32,994 bases of DNA from Hydrurus foetidus (lineage: Eukaryota). The DNA is taken from the NCBI GenBank assembly GCA_900617105.1, contig UYFQ01000559.1, positions 1 to 32,994 of the forward strand, read 5' to 3'. Position numbers and translations under genes: made by a program. This document shows positions 1 to 11,200 of this stretch, in pieces. How positions within the stretch are numbered: position 1 is the stretch's first letter; every line of letters starts with the position of its first letter. Under the pieces are notes generated by a model. That model did not search any database and was not told the origin of the DNA. It was given only the letters and a program-made list of their open reading frames with translations.

Positions 1-350
1 AAGGATGAAGGAAGTAATTCCACCAGCCAAAAGAAGTCGTTAGACTAATTTGGTGTCGGTAGCAATGAATCCAATGTTCAAATTGCTACCCGACGAGTTT
101 GAGAATGTCGAGTGGTGAAGGCTTTCGCGAATTCAACCAACTACGAACTTTGGAGACACCAATAATGGGTTCCAAGAGGAAAGAGGCTAAGCCCAACTTT
201 CGCTAACTTAAAACTAAGTTCTTGGAGCGTAGCTCAGCAAGAATTCGACTCCGCAGACGTCGTGAGTAATAATACTCAGGTGGTGGAAGTCGTAACTAAA
301 GTTAGGACGAGTAGAGGGGAATTAGAGGCAGCAGAAAATTTCCCGAGGAT

Positions 351-362
351 AATAGCGCTATT
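351..362. promoter_or_regulatory. 12-bp palindrome AATAGCGCTATT at the PBS position of element A
   Basis: Perfect palindrome that includes the terminal A of the LTR; no TGG-starting PBS. Confidence 0.8.
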
Positions 363-569
363 GTGGTCGGGCAAATGTAGAAAGGGGGGCGAGAGGAGGT
401 AGGCTTAGTTACAGATGTCTAGGCTAGAAGCTAGTTAACTTCTAAGTGGACGCTGCAGATGGCTACGACGATACTACAGCCTAACTGTAGTGTACAGTAG
501 TAGTACCCGGTAGGATCCGGTAGAGTCGGTACCCGGTAGGATCGGGACCCTGGGCCCGGTACTATCACA
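362..569 (-). repeat. 5' LTR of element A (208 bp, TG...CA)
   Basis: TG/CA termini, homology to the B LTR, repeated TACCGG(G) motifs near the U3 end. Confidence 0.8.
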
Positions 570-570
570 C

Positions 571-1160
571 TACCTTATATCGGGGCACTCTCACATGTGT
601 CCTGATCGTGTTGTATCTCACGTAAAAAGAAGTTTTGGAACAAACAATCTTTATTTGCCGTCCCATATGATTGATAAAATGAACACAGTAAAGTCTGTGA
701 CAGGAGAATTTATCGATCATAAAGATGCAAAACGGCCATTATTTTGTGATAAGTATTTTTAAATTGATAAGCATCTATACAAGTGTCATCGTAATTACTT
801 TCTTGTACATTTAAAATAGCATGGGAGAAAATACTAAAGAATCATATGGAAGCAATAAAAGGAATTGAAAAGGGCTATAGTAGGTATCATTTTATCGAAT
901 TTGCCAATGGAGAAGTGTCGATCCGTAACATCGTCACAGATGCGGTCAGACATGTTCACAAGTATTTTCCTTTCCATCTGTTGGAGTCGAAGAGAGCTGC
1001 GATACTTTCTGAAGTCATTGGAAATGGAGCGACTGCACACTGGTAGATGTGATACTGCAGCGGCATCCGGTATCGGAATTTCCGGCATAAAAAATAGAAA
1101 GTTTGAAAGAAAAATATTTCAGCATTCCCACAGAGTTTCTCAATTACTATCCTGTAGTAA
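571..1160 (+). pseudogene. Decayed C-terminal part of a DNA transposase-like gene (Sola-like motif pattern), with a probable intron at 749-819
   Basis: Manual translation gives YLISGHSHMCPDRVVSHVKR... (GHSxxxxD motif), then after the putative intron AWEKILKNHME...YHFIEFANGEV, and KIESLKEKYFSIPTEFLNYYP. It has a stop, a frameshift and a decayed donor (ATAAGT). Family assignment is from motif memory only. Confidence 0.45.
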
Positions 1161-1421
1161 ATAATGAAAATCTTACTAATAGAACACCATCTGAAAGATC
1201 CTCAATCCGAGCAAAAGAGGCCTTGGAAGGATTGAAGCGTAAAAGGGTCGAACGTCCGTTAATGGACAAAGAAGTCGAGGTAATTCTTTTTTATTGTGTT
1301 AAGAGTATCTTGAATTCCACAGGAACATTTTCACAGAATTATTACGTCTCATCAATTATGACAGGAAATTATCTCGAGTGGTAAAATAGGTAGAAAAAAG
1401 ATTATCGCGAAACCTTTACCA

Positions 1422-2254
1422 ATGTCAAAATCAATACTTAGATTTTTAAGCTTCAAAAGTCCGTCGACTGAATCGATAAAAAAAGAACCTATCAATAAAG
1501 AAAAGGAAAAAACAGATTGTCTAATGACACTGAAGCAAGTATTGGACAATGATTTCGATGACAAAATAAAACAATTTGGTAGTTCAAATGAATGTCTGAT
1601 AACACCGCAGCAAGTATTGGATAATGATTTCGATGACAAAATAAAACAATTTGGTAAGTCAAATGTATGTTCCCTGATACCACAAAAAGAGTCAAGAGCC
1701 CAAGAATACGTAGATGCTATGCTGTCAACGCATTTAATCAACAACAATATTATGGATGAGGTAGTTGCAGAAAATAAACAAATGTACGGACTCAAGTGGT
1801 TGGATTCATCCTGTTCCTTCGATACGAACTTAACTATACAGCTCATTTCTATACCTCTCTCTCAATTTCTGAAAAGGAGTTTTTCATGGAATCGATAATT
1901 TTATTAGGGAACATTTTCCAGAAATAGACATTACCTCAATGACATCACTAGCGGACGCCAAAGAAATACTAATACCATATTTTATGAATCGCGTCACGGA
2001 ACCTTTGTACTGCCCAAACAAGCACTTCTCATTGGAGAGTGTATATGATAATATAATGTTATCATTGATAAGTCCAAATGATATCATGGGAACAAATTAT
2101 AGTGTTCGAAGTCTCTGTACAAACAAGGACTGTGAGAGATATAATGCAAAAAAAGAAAGAAATGGCGAGAGGGTGGTCCACTCATATGAGAGTTGCTCTG
2201 TTTCAGATGGCAGGACCGATAATAATGTAAAATAGTTAATTGAATATTACTGGG
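1422..2254 (+). pseudogene. 5' half of a decayed USP/UCH-like cysteine protease gene, interrupted by element B
   Basis: Cys-box-like YGLKWLDSSCSFD (~1785-1823) and CTNKDC. The frame continues ...NVK*LIEYYW into the TGGG TSD and resumes after 17743. Confidence 0.55.
1517..1670 (+). repeat. 75-bp (25-aa) tandem duplication, 2 copies
   Basis: CLMTLKQVLDNDFDDKIKQFGSSNE / CLITPQQVLDNDFDDKIKQFGKSNV; GCAAGTATTGGA at 1535 and 1610. Confidence 0.9.
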
Positions 2255-2492
2255 TGTGGTCGTACCGGGTATACCGGGCCTACGAGCCGTACCGGGTATA
2301 CCGGGCCTGCGGGCCGTACCGGATCTAGTCACGATCCATCCGATCCGATCCTTCCGCCTACTGTACACTTACATCCTTGCATACTGCTAGCCAGCTGCAG
2401 CCGTCTCGTAGAAGTTAAACCTAGCTTCTAGCTTAGCCTCTGTAACTAACTAACACCTTTCCTACATCGACCTACCCTCCATCCGGACTACA
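2255..2492 (+). repeat. 5' LTR of element B (238 bp)
   Basis: Matches 17533-17743 apart from one extra 27-bp tandem unit and one C/G substitution. Confidence 0.95.
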
Positions 2493-2503
2493 ATAGCGCT
2501 ATT
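2492..2503. promoter_or_regulatory. 12-bp palindrome AATAGCGCTATT at the PBS position of element B
   Basis: Perfect palindrome starting at the LTR terminal A; identical to that of element A; no TGG. Confidence 0.85.
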
Positions 2504-3032
2504 CGTCCACTCCTTTCTCTTCTACCTCTTAGTCCCTCTACTCGTCCAACCTGTAGATAAGACCTCTAAGCAACTGCTCGTCGACTTGTAGCGATTGGCT
2601 CAGAGATTTGTAGTTTAAATCAGAGAAAGTCAGATGACCTTCTTTCTTGGAATCTCTGAGTTTGGGCTCTTTCATTCTTTGCATTTTCGGTGGAAGTTGA
2701 AAGATCCTTCCCGAAAATCATTGAAGACCTGTTCCGCTGGCTGTTTGAATCACAGATTCATCACCAGAGGCATCAGATTAGTCAAGAGACGTCTTTTGGT
2801 CGCTGAGGAACAGCGTCTTATACCTTTTCTGGTACCCATTTTTCTTACCACTCTAAATTTGGCTCTTACGCCATAGAACTTTTCAGGTCAAAAGTTGGTT
2901 AAAATTCTTTAACGCGTAGTTACTGACGTTACAGTACCCCTTTGCGAATAAGGCAAACCCCTTGAAAAAAACTTTTCGCTGAGGGTGATTGATCTCTGCT
3001 GTGTTTAAGCGAGATGTATATCTATTAACGAT

Positions 3033-4636
3033 ATGTCAGCTAATCCACCTTCTCCAGATCCACCTCGCGATGAGGAAGAGATTGCTCGTCAAGCAGCATT
3101 GGCTGCGCTCAACATTGTTTGGTAACAGCTCGCTGACGATGCAACTCCAGAGTGAGGTGTTCGTCTCAGGCACAACTTCATTGACGAAGCTGATGCCATT
3201 GAGTTCTACGAACAGGCTCAGAGAAATCCCGGCATGAAGCTGACCGATTGCATGCAGAAGCAGGCAATCGAACTATTGAACTTCAAAATCCTAGTCGACC
3301 CTGAATTCAACATCATCGATCGTCGGCTATGTCATGATTGGTTTACCATTCTGTCGGTGACTCAGGTAGCCACCCTGGTAGTTAAGTACTTCTGCCCAAA
3401 CGGTTTGGGGGAGTGTACGCTGATAGAGAGTTTTAGCCAAATTCCCCTCCACTACCAGATCGCTAACCACGATCATGAGAATGCCACATTCATTCGTTAC
3501 AATGAACTTGTGAGCAACTATGAGAGGTCCAAGGGCCCTCTGACTATGACTCAGCATGCTGAGCTTATTCAGATCTTGGAAAAGCGCCTAGCTAAGGGTA
3601 GTCAAATTCAACAACACTACCTGAGAGCAAAAGCAGCTGACACCTCATCACCTAACACGTGGACGTGGTTGAAGACTATGCTACGCATTGGTCAGGTTCT
3701 GGCTGAGGCTAGGTCAATGATGTACCTCATCAAGAGCTACGGCAACTCGGATGTGGTGTATTCGTTCCCTCCATCAGCCATTCCACCTGAGGTTGGTACG
3801 AAAGAGACAGGCAGAGCTAGTGTTAAAGCACCCTCTCCTACTCCATCCGTGACATCTAGACGACTGTGCGTACAACTGGCTCGTACATTCCGATCCAGCA
3901 TGGACTCGCCGTCCGTGCGTCGACGGAAGTGTCGTTCGTACCGAACTTGCTAGCGTGCTGCTCGTGCGGGTCTAAGTCGCACATGTTGGGTGAGTGCCCC
4001 ATTCGGTAACATTCAGACTCCAATACAAACCATTCGACTGATTGGGAGGATTCTACATTGGGGATGGCTTGGGCCGCGGTAGGGTTTACTGAATGGCAAC
4101 AACATCTCGTACTCCCCGGATACGAAGATCGCGTTCAGTATTTCCCCAGGGTTACGAAACCCTACATGATGGGTAACGACACCAAACGCGCCAAGAACAG
4201 CTGCGGTTCTCGTAACAACCCCAATGACTCAGATGGTTCAGACCGTTCCAACCAGGGACATAGGGGGAATAACCAGAACCAGGGTAACCAAGGTAACCAG
4301 GGAGGTGGTTACCAAGGTAACCAAGGAGGTGATAGAGGTAAGCAGAGGGGGGGATATAATCCCAATGCAAACCAAAATCAGGGTCGTGGGTCCGGTGGTA
4401 GGGGTAATCGTTACTACCCCCCACAGGGAAACTTCCCTCCTCCTTCTTCCTCTTCAGATCAGGATCAAGGTAAGAACCTTCATTTTGATGACATGGCTGC
4501 TATCTTTGATACTGATATCCATAATCTGATGGATGTTCATGTTGAAGAACAACCACATGTAATTATTCGTGAAGAATTCTTGCATAATCCGTCCATCTTT
4601 CCTTCTCACCACCTCAACGTAATTGTTATCGGGTAG
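3033..4636 (+). pseudogene. gag: Disrupted gag of element B
   Basis: ATG at 3033 is in frame with ORF 3234-3953, with stops at 3123 and 3153. After a frameshift comes a CX2CX4HX4C knuckle CCSCGSKSHMLGEC (3956-3997), a stop at 4007 and a G/N/Q-rich tail. Confidence 0.8.
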
Positions 4637-4674
4637 AATAAAGGAGGACAGGCTCAGCTAACGAGCTGCTTGCC

Positions 4675-7490
4675 GTGAGGAAAGCCGTGCTGGACACCGC
4701 AAACTACTCGGAGGATTTTATTTCTTTTACTATGTTAGAAAAACTTAGTGCTACTCATCTTTGTTATCCTGCTCTTCAAGCCATAACTGTTTGTAGCGGT
4801 CTTGATGGCCAATGCTATCTAAATAATGGAATTTGCGATTTGAAAATCTTATTTCACTCTTACGATGGCGAATGCCAAAGCATCAGCTTACCCATGAGAG
4901 TAAATCGAAAAACGGAAATTGATATTTTATTTAGCCGTAAAACGGTAAATAAATACGATTTCTGGTCTTTTACTCCTTTTGCCTTCGGCATTTCTCCAGA
5001 GCTTAGCGCTGAGAACAAAAATAAGAGTAATGCACGCAAACGTGACTTCGATAAGAAGGAAGCATTGGACAAGCTTGATCCAATGTATCAACATAAGTAC
5101 ACGCGTCGTATGATAGCGTTGGGTGCCGAACCTGATATAGCCGAAGTCGAGTCTACTACACCTCACTACGATAAGCTAAAGTATCCAGGCGGTAAACCAT
5201 CCTCTAAAAAGAGAGAAACATATGAATTACAAGAGTATCCGAATAGGAAGAGCGTATTGCATGGTCAATCTACTTCGAAGAGCAACGTCTCTTGTGTCCA
5301 TCCAATGTCGACATGTAACGATACCCAAATGGATATTGAAGGAGTAGCTACCCAAAATTCCTGTGGTGATGTAGATTGTGAGCGACTGAATAGTGTCACT
5401 CCTATTCTCGCAAAACGTACGGGTGATACACCGCACCTAGGTGGCGACCAGATTCCCACCCCTGCACATACCTTTGGGGACTCTGATACCCTAGACTATG
5501 TCACTGAGCCTTTATGGCCCAGTGGTGTCGCACCCTCAGTTGACGAGATTGACGATGGCAAAATAGACACGTTCGCCCACTTCTTGGCTGAGAAACTTAG
5601 TCAAGATGACTTGCCCAAGGGGCCAGAGGATTTCCTCAAGGAGATTACCTTTGAGGGAGATGAAAGCTTTCAAAGGAAGCTCCGAGAGCTCTGATCTGCA
5701 TATTCAGACATCTTTAGTGATCAGTTAGCTGAGAAACCAGCATCACTAAAACCTTTTGAGATCAACATTCTACTCGAGTTGTGGGAAATAGACGAAAACC
5801 GTACGCCGGTACGTCCCAAGTCATCAACAAAAGAGGCTGCTCTTAAGGAAAATCTCGATGAGATGCTTGCGTCGGGAGTTATAGAGCGATCAGATGCTGC
5901 TTATTACAGTCATCCTGTAATCGTAACTAAGTCGCCCGGTAAATTTCGAACCTGCATCGATTACCGGCCACTTAATAAGTGTCTGACTCCTGCCTCTTTT
6001 CCCCTGCCGAATATCAAACATCTTTTTGAGAGGATCGGTGACAAAAAACCGGATATTTTTGGTGTGATGGATTTAACCGCAGGTTACCATCAAGCACCGT
6101 TACACCGCTCACATCGCATTTTCACGGCATTCATATGCTTTGCGGGGTCTTTCAGTTTACGAGACTGCCCTTTGGGTCGTGTCGTGCCCCCTCTTACTTT
6201 CAAGAGCAGATGGTAACGGTGGTCCTCTATGGCCTTATCTATCATTGTTGCGAGATGTATCTCGACGATTGTATAGTATATGGCAAGGGTGAAGCGAAGT
6301 TTCTTACAAACTTGAAGAAAGTCTTTGAAAGATTCAGACTTAAAGGACTTAGACTCAAAGCCAAAAAATGCCGTTTCGGCCTGCCACGTATTGAATACGT
6401 GGGCAGAGTGGTTGACAAAGATGGTTTATCCATGTCAAAAGAAAAAATAAAAACAGTGCTTAACTTTTCTATACCTAAGAACTTGACCCTGTTAAGATCA
6501 TTCTTAGCACTTGCGAACTATTTCCGACAGTTTGTACCAGTGCATTCTACTTTGGTTAAACCAATGCAAGATATGATGGATCATTCTGCTCCGAAACATT
6601 CTGCCGTTGTATGGACTCCAGAGAGTACCAACAGCTTTCACGACACTCAGATTGCTATATCTAGATATCCATTGATGTACTTTATTGATGACGATAAGTT
6701 AGATGTACGGTTGTATACAGACGCGTCTGATTTTAGAATCGGCGGTGTCCTTTACCAAGTTGTTGATACCGTTCGGCAACCAATCGCTTTCATCAGCAAA
6801 TCATTGACACCAACACAAATAAGGTGGTCAACCTTACAGAAAGAAGCATATGCTATATTCTATTGTTGTACACAACTCGATTATCTAATCAGAGATCGTA
6901 CGTTCACAATCTATACGGATCATTTGAATATTACGTATATGAAACAAAATCCTACCTCGATGGTAGCGAGATGGTTTATTGCAATGCAAGACCTACATTC
7001 TACAGTGGTCTTTGTACCTGGTACGTCAAATGCTTTGGCGGATGCACTGTCTAGGCTATGTCCTAATTTGACAGAAATTGCATTACCGTTAAGAACACAA
7101 GAATTGGAATTACTTCCAACTTCTTCTTCGTCATTCACTGTATCAGCTCTGACGGCTATAGAGCCTGCGACAGACGAACAGTCAGAATATATTACTATGT
7201 GCCACAGTGCGTTTGTTGGTCACAACGGTTTAGACCGTACCCTTACTCGTTTGTTTAGTTTACAACAAGTTTGGAAAAACATGAAACAACATGTACGCAC
7301 GTTCATACGAAACTATCCGTGTTGCCAAAAGTTGAGTGCAACAGATCCTAATATCAATGCTTCTCACTTTGCAACGTCGAATTATGCTATCTTTGATACG
7401 CTCAATGTAGACTATGTTGGTCCATTCCTAGACAAAGGTTATATCCTTGTCATTATCGACACATTCGCACGATGGACTGAATTGTTCTGG
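4675..7490 (+). pseudogene. pol: Disrupted pol of element B (protease, RT, RNase H, N-terminal integrase)
   Basis: AVLDTA (PR), CIDYRPLN / DLTAGYHQ / YLDD (RT), TDASD / QKEA / TDH / ADALSR (RH), H..H..CC and NVDYVGP (IN). Stop at 5692, frameshift near 6145, cut by element C. Confidence 0.93.
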
Positions 7491-7714
7491 TGTGACCCGT
7501 ACACCGAGTATACCAGGTATACCGGGTTCGGGTACAAACGTACGCACGGTTCGGATCGAGGACGATCCGATCCATACGATTTGTTGCGTGATATCTGCTG
7601 TGCTTATCTGTAAGCTAATCACATTGCTATCCTTTAGCATCGTTCCCCAGCCATTTCACCTTTGCCCTCCGCCGTCCGGATTCCCGTTCCAGCCAAGGCC
7701 TCAGTGAGACCACA
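7491..7714 (+). repeat. 5' LTR of element C (224 bp)
   Basis: TGTGACC...GACCACA; direct repeat of 14664-14887. Confidence 0.97.
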
Positions 7715-7725
7715 GTAAGCTTACT
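7714..7725. promoter_or_regulatory. 12-bp palindrome AGTAAGCTTACT at the PBS position of element C
   Basis: Perfect palindrome starting at the LTR terminal A. Confidence 0.85.
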
Positions 7726-8274
7726 TGGAATCAGCTAGCCTTTCAAGACGAAAGCCGATTGCCAAATCAAGATTTCCCAAACCGCTACCCGACTCATTTT
7801 CGAAGCGAAAAGAGATTGTCAATAGCTTTCTGTAACAGAAACGTCTATTAGACTATATAGAGACTGATTCGCAAAGCGACAGCCTCTATCTCTTCGTCTT
7901 AACGAAGCTCGATCTCAGCGATTCCTCGCGAAATCAAGAAATCCCATCGAAAACTTTCGTCACACGAAAGCCGACACGCCAGTAGTAGCTTTCAGCATCG
8001 AAAGCGCTATTTAAGGACCCACTAGCAACGCTCCGTTCGTGGGATTGCTCACTCCGCAGGCCCCGCCGAGAAATTTCCTCCCGAAATTCTCGTCAATTTC
8101 CTCCCGAAATTGATCAAACCATTCCAATCCTCCTTTCTCTACTACTCCACTCTATACCTACCAGTCTTCACAAAAGTTCAACCTATCCTTCCTCTCCCTG
8201 AATTCACCGCGTCCGAGTTCCGTCGCGGTCCCTTCAATAAACTACCGACCATTATCGTAGCGAAGACGAAGACA

Positions 8275-11200
8275 ATGGAAGCTCAAGATATCCTCGACAA
8301 ATCAGCCTCCCCAGGAGCAAATACTACTTCCCTCGGCCTACCAGCCGCGACAATGCTTAGCATTCGCAAGGCACGAAAGGCCGAGGAGAAGATGAGAGCA
8401 GAAAACATTGCTCGGAGCAAATCTCTCATGGCCAGACAAGCCATAAAGGCCTCAGCCACCGCCACCCGCATTCCCGACGAGATTGCCGCCCGCAACTCCG
8501 AACGGTCTTCAGAACGTAAGCGTATTCAAGATGCTCAAAAGACATCAGACGCAACGACTGAAGACGAAGTGGCCATGATTGCATATGTCCTAGAGGCAAC
8601 GAACGAAGACGAGAGACGAGAACGCGAGATCTGCGCTCGATCTCGTCCGTGCTCTAGCACCTCAGTTGCAAAAACCATCGACGTAGAGGGAAGCCCAAAA
8701 GGCAGACCAAAACGAAGAAGAGGAGGCAACGAGAAAGACAAGAAAGCAAACGAACAAGATATCCTTGATGATGCTAAGTCAATCGAGAGTGAGCCCATCC
8801 CCGTCAGAAAATCATCTCGAACGACCAGGGTTCAAACCTCGATGGAGGTGGACTTAGAGTCGGGAGAGGACGAGGAGGATGAGGGCGACATCGAAAACGA
8901 CGACGAAATCAACGACAACGACGACGATAACGTGATAGTTGCGGAGTCAGTGTCGGATGAGGACGATCGATCGTCAGACGAGTCAGTGGAATCCACATCC
9001 CCTGAGAAGCGCAAGACTAAGTCTCCGCCAAAGCTAACAAAAAAGATTTCCACAAGAAAAAAGATTACCGTTCCACAAAAGACAAGAAAGGCAGAGCAGT
9101 CAAAAACTGCATCAGCAAAAGAGTCTAAGGAAGATGTGTCTAAAAAGACCATCCCTACTCAGAGGCCAAAACCGAAGACGTCTGCGGCGACAAGCGCCGC
9201 GTTGAAATTAAAAACAACAGAGGCTGCACGCAGACGCAAGGTGGAGGAAGATATCGACGATGAGCAGAGTGATACCTCAGTCTTATCAGACGAGAATTAC
9301 CAACAACAGCGTACACTCATCAATATGAATGAGGTATTCATGCTCAACGCCGAGAAACTCTTGACAGATGGTCCCGCTACCATCCAGGCATTCCACGATC
9401 AAGCCAACCTGCCCAATTTCAAAACACATTGGAAGCAGATCATTACCGAGAATGCCCTGGTACCTATAAGGTTCAGACTCAATGGAATGAAGGCAGTCCT
9501 GGGGTACACCCAACCTGAATGTTCCACTTGGCCAGTCATCCGCGGGGTCACCCTATCGATCCGACAAATCGCAAAGGACTTGACAGCCTGCTTCTCACAA
9601 GCAACTAGGACGTCCAACACGACCTACGATTGTAATGAGAAGATCAGAGCTTACAAGTTTGCTTACGACTTTGCTGACGCATATGTCGAAGAGGCATCGA
9701 TCACTCGGTTTGAGGAGATCATCAGCCTGTACTACCCTGATAGAACAGACCTCACACCCGAGCGCGAGAACGAAATCTGCAAAGCATTTTACAAAAAGCT
9801 TCCAGCAGAAAACGCACTCGGGATGAAATTCTTAGAGGCCACAAAGACAGCCATAAAGAAGACAAAAAGAGACACCATCCAAGACATGTACATGCGACTC
9901 AGCGACCACCTCAACATCGCACGTCAATGCGTCAACGACGCAGCGGAGTTGGGGAACAGCAGATACCGCTGGACCACTCCAGACAGCCCAACTTCCGAGG
10001 AGGCAAAAAGACAACGAAGCTCGTTGTCTAATGCATCATACTCCTCAAACCTGCACGCAGTGGGATTCCATCCAGAGGAGGACACACGCGCACCACCATA
10101 CAAGGCGATCGCAAAGCGTCAGCCAGAGGTACATCATTACCCCGGCCTTGACCGCAACACCAAGCTGTGCCACACCTGTGGGCGCAACGGGCACAACCGT
10201 TACAATTGCCGATTCCACATGAACGAGCATTGCAACAACTCGCACAAAATGTGGTCCGAATCCCTTATGGGACTCGAATGGAAACGGCTCGGTCACAAAC
10301 ATTTTGTAATCGATGCACATCTTCCATCGGGCGGAGTATCTCGGGAGCGAAAACAAATCCACGTCCCGACTAACTTCGAATTCCCCACGGATGAAGAGGA
10401 CATTGACATGGGTAACACCCAACAAAAGTCAAACCCTAGACAAGGTACCAGTGCACCACCATACAGCAAGGTTAAAAAGCCGGCGTACGACGACAGACGA
10501 AGAAGTGAGTTTTCAATACCACCTGTCAGTGTCGCAATTTTACCGCGTATCGACTTACCTCGAACACGAACATTACTTTCAGCAATACTACCTGAAAAAG
10601 TAAACGATTACTTACAAGTCAACATATCTCTCCCACAGATCAGTATGGCCCAAGACAAGACGAGCGCCCTCGCAAAGACGACCGCGCACAAGCAGACACC
10701 GACAACCGCGACCGCGACCGCCAACGCAACGAGCGAGAGGCCTTCGCGCGCGACAAGGCGAAAGAAAAGGAAGGATCCTCCAGCAGCTCCAACAAGCCCT
10801 ACTCCTCAAAGTAGAGGCATGGATGCACTGGCCCAGATCGATACGGGGTGCGAAGTCGGTGACGTCATTAACCGTAGAGTCCTCGAGGGCCTACGGGGCG
10901 AACACCGCTTACGCGACTCCGATTCACCTATGTGGATTTGTTCTGGTTTAGATAATAAGTGTATTGAATCCAAATCTGTGCTTGATATTGTTGTATCATT
11001 TAAAAAAGATTCTTTAAAATACATCTTTTCTCTTCCAGTCCGCATTGCCGAAGACTCTGAAATAGATTTAATTATAGGTATAAATACCATAAAAAATCTA
11101 AATTTAGTTAAAATTATGCCCGAATTTTTCGGCCATAAAAATCATACTGATCCATGGACCCGTATAGAAAATTCAATGGTACTAACCACGAATAATCTGC

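Larger units (their letters stand above)
1..569 (-). mobile_element. 5' end of Ty3/Gypsy LTR retrotransposon A (5' LTR plus leader; rest lies outside the window)
   Basis: Minus strand reads TGTGATAG...CCGACCACA (569->362). It shares blocks with the element B LTR (TAGAAGTTAA..CTAGCTTCTAGC, TCTGTAACTAA) and with the B leader (ATAGCGCTATT, CCCTCTACTCGTCC). Confidence 0.85.

Noticed and set aside
2240..2431. Short ORFs over LTRs (also 7447-7707, 14665-14880, 17476-17682)
   Set aside because: Their duplication only reflects LTR identity; starts lie outside the LTR or are non-ATG.
4620..4680. Programmed -1 gag-pol frameshift in element B
   Set aside because: No clear slippery heptamer, B has other random frameshifts, and related element C has a single ORF.
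7726..7740. TGGAATCAGCTAGCC as a tRNA-iMet PBS for element C
   Set aside because: It is 11 nt away from the LTR, mismatched to TGGTATCAGAGC, and has no counterpart in A or B. At most a relic.
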